This document shows positions 9,288-18,504 of a stretch of DNA of 64,000 nucleotides, piece by piece. A program made the position numbers and the translations under genes. The stretch spans positions 411 to 64,410 of IMG/VR virus record IMGVR_UViG_3300028176_000004; one strand, 5' to 3'. The stretch comes from a virus (taxonomy: Duplodnaviria > Caudoviricetes). The notes below the pieces were generated by a model, which was not told the origin of the DNA, ran no database searches, and saw only the letters and a list, made by a program, of their open reading frames with translations. Each line of letters begins with the position of its first letter. Position 1 is the first letter of the stretch.

Positions 9288-10001
9288 TTACAATCCAAAC
9301 CCTTCTAAAATCTTGATTGTAAATTTATCCTTACAATCAATAAACACTCTATCAAATTTACCCTTTTTTGCTTTTACTAACATTACATGTTTATTGGGGT
9401 ATAAATATACACTTTCAATTCCCCATCCCATCAGGTTTATAAAGGACTCAGCAACGTTCAGATAATCATTTAATCTATCAATATCCCATTTCTTTAAAGA
9501 AAAAGGAAAGACGTCAGTCCATATAAAACATTGTGTGGTAGCAGATAGCATTTGAAGAAAAGACAACACCATTTTAATTTGCTTTGTGAATGTAAACCTG
9601 TTGTGGTCAAAAAAGCAACAATCAATAGTGGTTCCCCCCCTTTTAAGTAGACGTTGTGTAAGAACATCACGATTATAAATACGTTGATTTGGAAAAAAAC
9701 GTTCCAAACAATGCACCAAATCAATGTTTATATCATTCAATATCATTATAGGGTCATGAAGTTCTTTTATCATAGCACTACTAAATCCAATTCCAGCAAA
9801 TGGCTCTAAATAAGTTTTTACATTTTCTTCAGAAAGAAACGCATACAAACCGTTAAGCTTATAAACTAAATCAGTGTTTTGATTCATCCCCTTTTTTATT
9901 TTTTTAATTGATGTGAAACTGGTTTTTACTTTTTCTGGAACATCTATCACATAAGATATTTTTCTATTGTAGCATTTCATTTCCATTATAAAGTCCTGCA
10001 T
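9288..10001 (-). CDS. Class I SAM-binding (methyltransferase-fold) enzyme with a non-canonical catalytic motif
   Basis: Motif I YLEPFAGIG, ILNDIN, IYNRDV; FFDHNRF sits where DPPY would be expected. Confidence 0.7.
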   Translation of the reverse strand: MQDFIMEMKCYNRKISYVIDVPEKVKTSFTSIKKIKKGMNQNTDLVYKLNGLYAFLSEENVKTYLEPFAGIGFSSAMIKELHDPIMILNDINIDLVHCLERFFPNQRIYNRDVLTQRLLKRGGTTIDCCFFDHNRFTFTKQIKMVLSFLQMLSATTQCFIWTDVFPFSLKKWDIDRLNDYLNVAESFINLMGWGIESVYLYPNKHVMLVKAKKGKFDRVFIDCKDKFTIKILEGFGL

Positions 10002-11049
10002 CTTTCATAGTGTAATTATCGCATTTTGTACCGTGTAAAATTTTCTGTGCTAAATCCTTGTCGCCGATACCTTCCCACGTTTTTTCCAAAACCTGTTCCG
10101 GTGTATATCCTTTTTGAAGTAACCGCTTCCAATAATGTGTATTTCCTCTGGTTGGATTGGGAACGTTTATTCCACAACAGGTGTTTGCCTTTTCTTTCCA
10201 TTCAGGGCCGGTGTTAACAAAATCAGGGCAACCTAAGAGCATATCATGCTTTTTCGCTATATCACACAATTGTTGCTGAATCTTCTTCCAATGTTGGTCT
10301 TGATTATATTTCCATATCTTTTCAATATCCACGCCGATATTACACAACCGCTTCGCCACAAAATCATTAAAATGAAAATTATATGTATTGTAGCTTTTCA
10401 CGCCAATAGATTTTAACCGCACCACCATATCTTCGAATTGAGAGACGGTATGGAATCCTGGGATAAAAGGTTCACCATTTACACCAACATTATATCCTAA
10501 TTTGATATACTGCTTGATATATTTCAATCTTTTGTCAATTGTGGGTGTCCTGCCCCGTTCCAATAATTCTTGGTCTATATCACCCCCAGGACTTATAACA
10601 GGCATAATACTCAACAACCCCTCTTCATTGGCAGAGGACAGCAAAGCTTCATCCCTATACAAAGTATTCACGAACCTGGTTTGTATAACAAAACTCCACT
10701 TGAGTTTTATTAAAATCTGAAGAATTTGATGCGATACCTCATATTGAAGTTCCGCTGGTTGGTATGGGTCTGATTTATTTCCTAATCGCAATGTTTTTTT
10801 GCGGTAGAGTGCGTGAGCTAAGGTGGTGTGTGGATTTTTATTTTTTAATCCATTTACCAATTTACGCTCCACATCCTCTGGGTTGGCCGGTCGTAAATCT
10901 GTACCCCAAACATGATTTAATCGCCGAACCCAACAATGGTGGCAATCAACCAAACAATTCCAATATGAGTCTATGGAAAGAGACAAGGGGCAATATAAAC
11001 AATCACCCCTAACTCCCACCGCTGCTTTGTATGTTTTCATCAGGCTCAT
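9964..11049 (-). CDS. Second SPL-like radical SAM enzyme
   Basis: CPLSLSIDSYWNCLVDCHHC contains CX3CX2C; GNKSDPYQPAE (SplB/Rv2578c-like), VNGEPFIPG and a C-terminal CCG. Confidence 0.85.
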   Translation of the reverse strand: MSLMKTYKAAVGVRGDCLYCPLSLSIDSYWNCLVDCHHCWVRRLNHVWGTDLRPANPEDVERKLVNGLKNKNPHTTLAHALYRKKTLRLGNKSDPYQPAELQYEVSHQILQILIKLKWSFVIQTRFVNTLYRDEALLSSANEEGLLSIMPVISPGGDIDQELLERGRTPTIDKRLKYIKQYIKLGYNVGVNGEPFIPGFHTVSQFEDMVVRLKSIGVKSYNTYNFHFNDFVAKRLCNIGVDIEKIWKYNQDQHWKKIQQQLCDIAKKHDMLLGCPDFVNTGPEWKEKANTCCGINVPNPTRGNTHYWKRLLQKGYTPEQVLEKTWEGIGDKDLAQKILHGTKCDNYTMKDAGLYNGNEMLQ

Positions 11050-11786
11050 TTCATTTTCTTGATTTGGCCACCCTTACGTGCTATGATACCTATGCGCTTC
11101 AAAATGGCTATAACCTTATTGTAGGCATATGCCGCTTCCTTGATGTTGTTCTTGCCACCGTTCTCAGCATACGAATCATCTGCCGCCGTAATAACGTCAG
11201 ACTCACTTTTAACAGCACCCGTTTCCAACGCCATAATTACATCCACTGTAACGTCTACACGTGTAATTTTTTTGTCAGCTGCGGCGTTCTTCAACTTCTT
11301 CGCCGGTTCCTCAGCTTCTTCGGCTTTCTTCGATTTCTTGACCTTTTGGGCTTTCTTGACCGGTGCTTCTTCGGCTTCTTCGGCTTCTTCGGCTTCTTCG
11401 GCTTCTTCGGCTTCTTCGGCTTCTTCAGCTTCAACCTCTTCGGCTTCTTCCTCAGCTTCAACCTCTTCGGCCTTCTTGGACTTTCTTGAACGCTTGGACT
11501 TCTTGGCAGGTGCGTCTTCAGCTTCGGCTTCTTCGGCCTCATCCGATATTTCGATTGACTCTTCAATCAACGCCTGAAGAATAGCAGTTTGACGCTCATC
11601 ATCAAACGTGGATGCTATCTCATCACCCTCACCTTCCAACAGTACCGGAATCTGGGACAGGGTCTTTTCGAATTTCTCATCATCCCACTGACGGGCAGCC
11701 TTGTACCCCAAACCCTCTAATACCAAAATCACTTCTTCCTTGGTTGCCTTTACGGTTGCCGCTTCATTTTTTGTTTTCTTTGCCAT
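11046..11786 (-). CDS. Acidic/basic low-complexity protein with an (EEA)n tract
   Basis: ORF with SD AGAGGA before MAKKTK; alternating EEA-rich and KKSK-rich blocks; helical C-terminal domain. Confidence 0.75.
   Translation of the reverse strand: MAKKTKNEAATVKATKEEVILVLEGLGYKAARQWDDEKFEKTLSQIPVLLEGEGDEIASTFDDERQTAILQALIEESIEISDEAEEAEAEDAPAKKSKRSRKSKKAEEVEAEEEAEEVEAEEAEEAEEAEEAEEAEEAEEAPVKKAQKVKKSKKAEEAEEPAKKLKNAAADKKITRVDVTVDVIMALETGAVKSESDVITAADDSYAENGGKNNIKEAAYAYNKVIAILKRIGIIARKGGQIKKMK
11365..11427. repeat. 9-bp tandem repeat (GCTTCTTCG) x6 plus one variant, encoding EEA x7
   Basis: Directly visible in the sequence. Confidence 0.95.
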
Positions 11787-11840
11787 CTTCGTGTCCTCTT
11801 GTGTTTTATTAATTTTTAACATCCTACGTACATTACATTC

Positions 11841-11854
11841 AATATATTATCGTA
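11841..11854 (-). promoter_or_regulatory. Promoter motif TACGATAATATATT heading the radical SAM operon
   Basis: Identical 14-mer at 42352-42365; near matches upstream of metK and other genes. Confidence 0.6.
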
Positions 11855-11890
11855 AAAGCAATGATAAATTGCAATAAGATTTTTAACTTT

Positions 11891-13300
11891 TTATGGATAA
11901 ATTGATTTTATAGCAACGTCACCAATATCCTTACACCCAGCCACATGAACGCATCGGGCCACTTCGAACTCCTCTTCACGCCGGACAACCCAATTTAATC
12001 TGGTTATTTGCTTCTTTTTCTCTTGTTCGTTCATATTTAGTCCAATCATACCCGTCACATGGGCGTTTTTTCGCTTATCGTCTGAAAAATTCTCTTGGCG
12101 GATAACTTCGGCTGTATACGCCGCCGAATCGGATTGAGTGGCCGTAACTAATAAACAATGATATTTTTGACTTACCCCACGCAGTTGCTTCCACGTTTCA
12201 TTTATCCGGTCTCTGCCCTCAACTCCAGGATAAGTCATATCCAAAATATCGGCATAGTCCAATACGATAACATCTGGAACCCAACCATCCAACGCCCAAC
12301 CATCCAGTATAGATTTAATCTTGTTAACATGAAGTGAACTGTTGGTGTGGCAACTTAATTTGAAATATGTTTCCCTGCTTCGAATCTTTGTCTTCAAAAT
12401 CTTCTTACACGCTTGCCAAGCCACTTGCCAGGATAATGGAGTGGTAAAAACTTTAGACTTATATTTTACCATCGCAACTTTTTGGTCATTATCCTTTTTC
12501 ATCGCCACCGGAATCTGAACTGTTTTCACATACACTGGATGGCGTGCTACTCGTACCATCAACCGTTTCATTATCTGATTTCTACTATTATCACCAGCCT
12601 CAAAGAACGCAACACGCCGCCGCTGTAACGATGCTCTGAAAGCAATATCGTGCAACCAAAAACTTTTACCCCTCTTGTCGGGTGCCACCAATGCAATAAA
12701 ACTATCACGGGCCAAACTATTACCAAAAAACAACCCCAAATCCCCACTGTACTGAACTATACTTTTTTGCTGTTGTTCGAATGCTTCTTGAATTACGGTC
12801 TTGGATTGAAAAACATCAATCCCTTCGCCACCACCTAATTCTATCTGATTGAAAGTAATTATGGCCTCATGAGCCTTTTCCGCATTACCCAAATCCAAAT
12901 AGGTCTCGATGGTATCTTTCAGCTTTTCAACCTGAACCCTGTTGAAATACCTACCAGCCAAATCTAATACATAATCTGGATTGACTTCATGTTCTTCGTT
13001 TTCAACATCTACCACCGCAATAAACTTCTCAATCAACGTTACCAAAGCATCATCATCAATCGAATCCGCCCACGTGGTATAAATATGCTCAATGTCGGCC
13101 CTGGGTGCTTTTTCATAACTCTTATAATAATCTACACACCACTTGCCAACCAAATTACTCCAATTGTTTTTGAATAACCCACCACCCATCCATTTGGATG
13201 CTATTCTACTCAACACATAATCATTCACAATCATACTACTCAAAATCACTCGTTCATCTTTGCGGTCAAACTTTTTGATTTTCATAAAATTCCTTAACAA
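11891..13300 (-). CDS. dnaB: DnaB-like replicative helicase
   Basis: Walker A APDKRGKS, Walker B IVLDYADI, LVTATQSD, FSDDKRK; next to the primase. Confidence 0.88.
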   Translation of the reverse strand: MLRNFMKIKKFDRKDERVILSSMIVNDYVLSRIASKWMGGGLFKNNWSNLVGKWCVDYYKSYEKAPRADIEHIYTTWADSIDDDALVTLIEKFIAVVDVENEEHEVNPDYVLDLAGRYFNRVQVEKLKDTIETYLDLGNAEKAHEAIITFNQIELGGGEGIDVFQSKTVIQEAFEQQQKSIVQYSGDLGLFFGNSLARDSFIALVAPDKRGKSFWLHDIAFRASLQRRRVAFFEAGDNSRNQIMKRLMVRVARHPVYVKTVQIPVAMKKDNDQKVAMVKYKSKVFTTPLSWQVAWQACKKILKTKIRSRETYFKLSCHTNSSLHVNKIKSILDGWALDGWVPDVIVLDYADILDMTYPGVEGRDRINETWKQLRGVSQKYHCLLVTATQSDSAAYTAEVIRQENFSDDKRKNAHVTGMIGLNMNEQEKKKQITRLNWVVRREEEFEVARCVHVAGCKDIGDVAIKSIYP

Positions 13301-14411
13301 GTTTCAAATATTCGCATGCGCTCTTATTCTCACCATCCCACTCTTTATTGTACGACATTATCCTACGTATAAAATCGTCATTATCCAATGAAAATATATA
13401 AGCATTCAAACTTCGGTTCCAATCCGTCCAATTATGAACTTTAGCATAAATCGCCGTACAAAAATTATCCATATACACAGTTGGCTCTGAAACATATGAA
13501 TGAAGGTAATTAACAAAGTGGTTTAAACTCTCGTCAGACTTATTCACCAAAGCTTTCACTTGTTTATGCGCTCTATAATATCGCTGATAGTTCTCATAAG
13601 TGGTTTGTAATGATTGAAGTAAATGGGTCTCATCTACATTACCCCATAAACTACTTTGACGGGCAATCTTTTTAATCTTGGAGGAAATGATTATCAGTTC
13701 ACCGGAATTAATGGCTGCCTGTTCTATGGCTATAAATTTATCACAAAATGATTTAGCCGAATATGCTTGGTGAACGTATTTTTTTCCAAAATTAGCAATA
13801 TACCAATCCAATACTTTTTTCATACGAGAATGAGAAATTCCTTGGTGGTGAAGTTTAACAAACTCCTTCGTCCAATTTTTTATATTAATGGTGCGAAATA
13901 CTTTATGTTTTATTTGGATGATACTTTCTAACTTCTTGGCGCAAATCTCTTCCATTGGTATTTCTTCTTTATACAACAAACCATTAATAATTTTATTGGA
14001 ATTGTCGCTGCCTTTGGCTGTGACTCTTCTTTTATTATTATCTTTATAAGCATTTATGTATGAGTTATCCACAGTCTGGTTTTCCATGACTGTGGTGGGG
14101 TGGTTGGTATAGAAATTAACACGCACAAAATGACCTGTGATTTGTCCGTTTTCATTCTTATCCGCCGCACGTTCAATTAAACCCAATCTCGATAATATCA
14201 TTGATAATTTCCTGATTTTATCTTTTCCACACTTCAATCCTTTAGCAGCAAAATCAACTGTCGCCTTCGGTCGGTTCGTCTTTTGCCAAACAGCTGTGTA
14301 ATAATAAAAATTATATAACCCAATCAATCCAATCGGGTCATCTTCCTTCAATAGCAAATCATAAGTTGCCTTTGGAATAACTATTGGCCTGAAGTCAATA
14401 TCTTTCATCAT
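13266..14411 (-). CDS. Putative replication initiator (N-terminal winged HTH)
   Basis: AAKGLKCGKDKIRKLSMILSRLGLIER HTH followed by an Asn-rich linker; lies between primase and helicase. Confidence 0.55.
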   Translation of the reverse strand: MMKDIDFRPIVIPKATYDLLLKEDDPIGLIGLYNFYYYTAVWQKTNRPKATVDFAAKGLKCGKDKIRKLSMILSRLGLIERAADKNENGQITGHFVRVNFYTNHPTTVMENQTVDNSYINAYKDNNKRRVTAKGSDNSNKIINGLLYKEEIPMEEICAKKLESIIQIKHKVFRTINIKNWTKEFVKLHHQGISHSRMKKVLDWYIANFGKKYVHQAYSAKSFCDKFIAIEQAAINSGELIIISSKIKKIARQSSLWGNVDETHLLQSLQTTYENYQRYYRAHKQVKALVNKSDESLNHFVNYLHSYVSEPTVYMDNFCTAIYAKVHNWTDWNRSLNAYIFSLDNDDFIRRIMSYNKEWDGENKSACEYLKLVKEFYENQKV

Positions 14412-15283
14412 TTCATCAATTTCCTTATTTTCTTAATTTCTGCCGTAGATGCTGCCCCTGGGTCTTTACTATCCAATACCACATTATAGGTGTCTCCAGG
14501 ATATAAACTCAGCAGGTCGGCCAGCCTGGTGGCTTGCTGCTGGGCTACAGGCTCATTGTCAAAACATATAACCCGTAAAGGGTATGCGCTTATGCGTAGA
14601 ATCTGAGATTGAGAAAAATCCATCCCCAAAGTTGCCGTGGCCCCAGGGCCGATTTTCCAAGCATCCGTCACTCCTTCCGTAACAGCAATCGCATGGCGGC
14701 AATATTCCTCACCATATAGCACATCTTTTTTATTCATTGACTCGCACGTCTTTGGTGCGTGGAAATATCGGCTGCCTTCTTCCTGGATGGAACGTGTAAG
14801 CCAGCTGACGGTTTGTCCGTGGTATGTGATTGGAATGTATATTTTGCCGGTCTGACTGCCGCCGCCGATACCAATGCTTTGTATATCCCACAAACGAACT
14901 AACTCAGCACAATCAAATCCACGCTTTTCTAAATATCGTTGATGTATGCGTAAAAGTGGCCGAATCCCTTTGGGAGTTCGCAGAGTATGAATTTCAGCTT
15001 GTTTACGTGCTATGACGTCTGGAATGATATCTTTTAACAAGGCTTGAGCTGAAGAATAATTTATATTCAACAAAGCAATTACAGCATCAGCCACGCTTTT
15101 CTTTCCACAACGCCAGCAGTTGACGTAATGAAACTGCTGAGAATACCCCATATGATATTTTCCGGTGTTCCTACCGCAAAAAGGGCAATCGAATTGAATC
15201 CAACCTGCACGGGCGTGGTGATGTTTTCCATTACCATCTATGTATGGTATTTTATATTGTTGAAGAATATCTTGGAATTTCAC
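14408..15283 (-). CDS. DNA primase (Zn finger + TOPRIM)
   Basis: CPFC...CWRC zinc finger, VTEGVTDAW, FDNE and DSKDPG TOPRIM motifs. Confidence 0.9.
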   Translation of the reverse strand: MKFQDILQQYKIPYIDGNGKHHHARAGWIQFDCPFCGRNTGKYHMGYSQQFHYVNCWRCGKKSVADAVIALLNINYSSAQALLKDIIPDVIARKQAEIHTLRTPKGIRPLLRIHQRYLEKRGFDCAELVRLWDIQSIGIGGGSQTGKIYIPITYHGQTVSWLTRSIQEEGSRYFHAPKTCESMNKKDVLYGEEYCRHAIAVTEGVTDAWKIGPGATATLGMDFSQSQILRISAYPLRVICFDNEPVAQQQATRLADLLSLYPGDTYNVVLDSKDPGAASTAEIKKIRKLMK

Positions 15284-15453
15284 TTCAGCAATCTTTCATT
15301 ATCCTCTAACCGGTCTTTCATCATACTCACAATCATAGCTTTCATACTGGTTTGACGCTTGGCGCAATACGCCTTGAAATGTGCTTTCAACTCTACGCTC
15401 ACACCATTTAATAGCAATGCTGTGGTTTTCTTCTTTCCAATATTTCTTAGCAT
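15280..15453 (-). CDS. Ribbon-helix-helix protein (57 aa)
   Basis: Hand translation MLRNIGKKKTTALLLNGVSVELKAHFKAYCAKRQTSMKAMIVSMMKDRLED...; overlaps both neighbours. Confidence 0.65.
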   Translation of the reverse strand: MLRNIGKKKTTALLLNGVSVELKAHFKAYCAKRQTSMKAMIVSMMKDRLEDNERLLK

Positions 15454-16844
15454 TTTTGCCGCCTCAGTTCTTCTTCCAATAAATCAAATATCTTTGAGTT
15501 ATTAATTTTTTCACTACCGTCTAAAATCTGAGATATTATGCCTTGTTTCTCTTGTATAATTTTACATAGTTTTTCTTCAATGGTTCCCTTCGCCACCAAG
15601 TAATATATCTTGGCTGTATTTAGCTGCCCTATTCGATGTATACGGGCCTCAGCTTGGGAATGCTTACCAGGTGTCCAGTCCAACTCTATAAACGCCAGGG
15701 TGCTGGCTGCTGTCAGTGTTATCCCCTCACCTGCCGCTCGTATATTACCGACAAACAGTCGGATTTTCTTGTTTCGCTGAAATATATCCACCGCATACTG
15801 TCTTTTCTTACCCGTCACACTACCGTCTATATACACGGTTTGGGCTTTGTATCGGTTCACTATCATTTTGAGTATATTGCGATGCGTGCACATTAGAACC
15901 AATTTTCCATCTGTATTCACAAAGAAATTATCCACCCATTCAAAAACCGCCGCCATCTTGTGTTCCGCCGCCAATCGTTTCAAATACGCCATCTGTACTA
16001 ATTTTTCCGCTTTTTTAGCCTTCGCCGCCTTCGCCGGTGAAGTGCTTTTGAGCCATCGGATGAAATTGCGTGAGGCTGCTTTATATTCCACGGCACCGGC
16101 TTTGGACAAGTCTAATGGAATCATCTCAACCTCAGGGTCAGCAACTTCTTTCAAATGGTCTTTCTTCAATCGTCTTAGCATTCCGTGCCGTTTTAATTTG
16201 GCGTGAAGTTCACCTAAATTATTTGCCCCGTCAAAATCCCACTTGCCTCGTTTCTTCACTGGATTACAATACCGGAACGCAAACGCCCAATATGAGCGAT
16301 ATTTGGACGGCCATATAAGATTTAATGTTGCGTAGAGTTCCTTGGGTCTATTGGTGAGTGGGGTGCCACTCAGGGCCAGTATGTAGGGTGTATGTCTGCT
16401 TAATGCTTTCACATTTTTATATCGCTGGGTGGTGCGTTCCTTGATATATTGGTTTTCATCCAATATCAATAAAACCGGTTTAATGTTACGAATGATGTGC
16501 TGTACCCAGAATCCCAATATATCATAATTTATTATGATAACTTTAGAATGGGGTGCCGGTGATGTGCGAACCTTTTGCCCCTCGATAACATCGGCCCTGA
16601 TACCCGTCATTTCAAATACTTTTTGTTCCCACATCCATTTGAGTGATGCGGGACATACAATGATGGCTGGATATATTTTCCGAATCTTCATATATGCAAT
16701 TGCTTGGATGGTCTTGCCTAATCCCATTTCATCCGCCACCAACGCCTTCCCATCATGTTTTTTGATATGCATAACGCCGTCATATTGAAACGGCTTCAGC
16801 TGAATATCGCCCACCCATTTTCGTTTCCAATCATCATTCATCAT
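15447..16844 (-). CDS. SNF2-family (HARP/ZRANB3-like) helicase
   Basis: ADEMGLGKT, DENQ (motif II variant), LSGTPLTN, GEGITLT, QAEARIHRIGQ. Confidence 0.9.
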   Translation of the reverse strand: MMNDDWKRKWVGDIQLKPFQYDGVMHIKKHDGKALVADEMGLGKTIQAIAYMKIRKIYPAIIVCPASLKWMWEQKVFEMTGIRADVIEGQKVRTSPAPHSKVIIINYDILGFWVQHIIRNIKPVLLILDENQYIKERTTQRYKNVKALSRHTPYILALSGTPLTNRPKELYATLNLIWPSKYRSYWAFAFRYCNPVKKRGKWDFDGANNLGELHAKLKRHGMLRRLKKDHLKEVADPEVEMIPLDLSKAGAVEYKAASRNFIRWLKSTSPAKAAKAKKAEKLVQMAYLKRLAAEHKMAAVFEWVDNFFVNTDGKLVLMCTHRNILKMIVNRYKAQTVYIDGSVTGKKRQYAVDIFQRNKKIRLFVGNIRAAGEGITLTAASTLAFIELDWTPGKHSQAEARIHRIGQLNTAKIYYLVAKGTIEEKLCKIIQEKQGIISQILDGSEKINNSKIFDLLEEELRRQKC

Positions 16845-17367
16845 TCACATCCTTTACTAAATAGTGTTGAATGGTTTTGAATGACGCTTCCACATCCTTC
16901 TTTTTATGCCCTTTGCCCCGCAGAAAACTCATTAGGGCATGTTTAGCCTTACGACAATCACCGGCTGTATCCTTTAAGAGTTCCATAAATTCGCTGGGTG
17001 CGTTGTTAATCGTATCCAGCACCAGAATCGCCAAATCATCTTCAGCCAGGTCTGCCTTTATCTCCACCCAGAATGTGTCCGGTGCTGCTTCGGTCTCATT
17101 GCGATAATAAGTCAAATCCCTATTGCGCCCGCAGGACTTCCTCAGCTCATCCAAAAGTCTATAATGAATCTTTTTTTGAACCCACGGTGTGAATGGTGGG
17201 TCGGTCGGTTTGTGTAGGGTGTATGTTTCCGTAAAAACCAAATTTGCTATACCAATCAAATCATCTAATTCACCACCATAGGTGCGGTAAAATCGAACTG
17301 CCGCTGCTACGCATAATCCAGCCACATCTTCGTATGTCGCTGCGATTGCCACCTGATGTATATTCAT
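16834..17367 (-). CDS. Sigma70 region-2-like phage transcription factor
   Basis: ELDDLIGIANLVF...PFTPWVQKKIHYRLLDELRK resembles sigma regions 2.2-2.4. Confidence 0.6.
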   Translation of the reverse strand: MNIHQVAIAATYEDVAGLCVAAAVRFYRTYGGELDDLIGIANLVFTETYTLHKPTDPPFTPWVQKKIHYRLLDELRKSCGRNRDLTYYRNETEAAPDTFWVEIKADLAEDDLAILVLDTINNAPSEFMELLKDTAGDCRKAKHALMSFLRGKGHKKKDVEASFKTIQHYLVKDVNDE

Positions 17368-17382
17368 ACGACAACTTCCTTT

Positions 17383-17541
17383 TTAATTTTTAGCAATAAA
17401 TTCCTTGATGGCCGTCTTTGCGAGTTGCGACCAGGTTACACTTTGACCAGTTTTCTGACGTTGGTACTTGGCTATTGCTTCCAGCTTTGCGGCCAAATCC
17501 GCCGGACATCCATATGCTTTATACTCTGCTTTCTTTCCCAT
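17383..17541 (-). CDS. Ribbon-helix-helix-like regulator (52 aa)
   Basis: MGKKAEYKAYGCPADLAAKLEAIAKYQRQKTGQSVTWSQLAKTAIKEFIAKN. Confidence 0.6.
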   Translation of the reverse strand: MGKKAEYKAYGCPADLAAKLEAIAKYQRQKTGQSVTWSQLAKTAIKEFIAKN

Positions 17542-17665
17542 TTTTACTTCCCCTTACTATTTTCTGAATTTCTTTATCATCGTCTATGCTGGTGAACGTC
17601 ACCCACATAATTCGCAAAACGGCTGCCGCAACAGCCATTATAATCCAAAATAAAACTGAATACAT
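17519..17665 (-). CDS. Small membrane protein (48 aa)
   Basis: MYSVLFWIIMAVAAAVLRIMWVTF...; SD GAAAGG. Confidence 0.55.
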   Translation of the reverse strand: MYSVLFWIIMAVAAAVLRIMWVTFTSIDDDKEIQKIVRGSKNGKESRV

Positions 17666-17725
17666 ATCTTACCTACCTTTCAAATATTAATTGATTTAAG
17701 ACACAAAAGAATTGGCCGGAATAAA

Positions 17726-17986
17726 TCACCATTGACTTTCTAAAAATACTTTTTGATTTTTTATCGCTTGCTGAAATCGTTCCTCTGTTTTGGTAACATT
17801 CCGCCATACCAAGTTCCACTGAGAACCTAATTGAACCCAAAAATATTCCCGCACCTGTTTATTCCCCTTCACCAAATATGGTTTTCTTTCTCTATCTTGT
17901 ATAATAGCATAAACTTTTTTGAATGTAGATGCTTTGATTGTAAATTCTACTTTGTCCGTATTTTTATCAATTACCGTAAAATCCAT
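17726..17986 (-). CDS. Hypothetical protein
   Basis: 86-aa ORF with SD AGGAG. Confidence 0.65.
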   Translation of the reverse strand: MDFTVIDKNTDKVEFTIKASTFKKVYAIIQDRERKPYLVKGNKQVREYFWVQLGSQWNLVWRNVTKTEERFQQAIKNQKVFLESQW

Positions 17987-18008
17987 AATATCACTCCTAT
18001 TAAATTCA

Positions 18009-18029
18009 GGGCCGGAACTTGTCCGGCCC
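18009..18029. repeat. Conserved hairpin GGGCCGGA-N5-TCCGGCCC (copy 1)
   Basis: Intergenic inverted repeat; related copies at 43378-43396 and 46808-46830. Confidence 0.85.
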
Positions 18030-18041
18030 GTTCTGGTTTGA

Positions 18042-18500
18042 TTAGTCTACCTTTTTACCGTCTACTATCTTCCAAATTTCACCGCCAGCCGTAACACCCA
18101 GAATGAAGGGAAAATCATGGCCGTTGCTACCGTTGTCTGTATGCTTATAGGATAAACCGCCACGGAATAACATCACTAATTCTGGAAAATCAGTTTCTAC
18201 TCCTCTACGAAGATATAAATCACCTGTCACCTCTACCCATTTCATAATAGAACTAAAAATACCGCAATTTAATTGGGTGGGTTCTATTATTTCTGAAATC
18301 AGACGGTAGCAAAATCTGCCATATGATGACTGATTTTTTATTGTCGTAATTGAAAGATGGGCAAAGTTGAGTTCCAACCGTAAAAAATCCTGAATCGCTG
18401 TTTGAGCATTCTCAATCGTTTTAATGGTGATTTCTTTTCCGCCCACAAATGTGCTTGTAACTTTTTCGCCCGCTTCTGTTATTGCAAGATAATTTTCCAT
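18042..18500 (-). CDS. Hypothetical early protein
   Basis: 152-aa ORF directly after the promoter cassette SD GAAAGGTTAG. Confidence 0.7.
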   Translation of the reverse strand: MENYLAITEAGEKVTSTFVGGKEITIKTIENAQTAIQDFLRLELNFAHLSITTIKNQSSYGRFCYRLISEIIEPTQLNCGIFSSIMKWVEVTGDLYLRRGVETDFPELVMLFRGGLSYKHTDNGSNGHDFPFILGVTAGGEIWKIVDGKKVD

Positions 18501-18504
18501 TTCA

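Noticed and set aside
7824-11049. Reading both radical SAMs as plain spore photoproduct repair enzymes
   Set aside because: Two divergent paralogues interleaved with an MTase-fold gene and a GNAT inside the replication operon fit a biosynthetic role better. Repair is not excluded and is kept as a refutation test.
11365-11470. Tandem repeats as a possible CRISPR array
   Set aside because: There are no spacers; these are 9-bp coding repeats.
11031-11584. Overlapping ORFs with FFGFFGFFG, KKPKKPKKP, LLRLLRLLR and poly-SA repeats
   Set aside because: They are alternative frames or the antisense of the 9-bp EEA repeat in the real minus-strand gene.
14065-14073. Perfect DnaA box TTATCCACA inside the putative initiator gene
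   Set aside because: Single copy; roughly one match is expected by chance in 64 kb on both strands at this composition, and no iteron array is visible.
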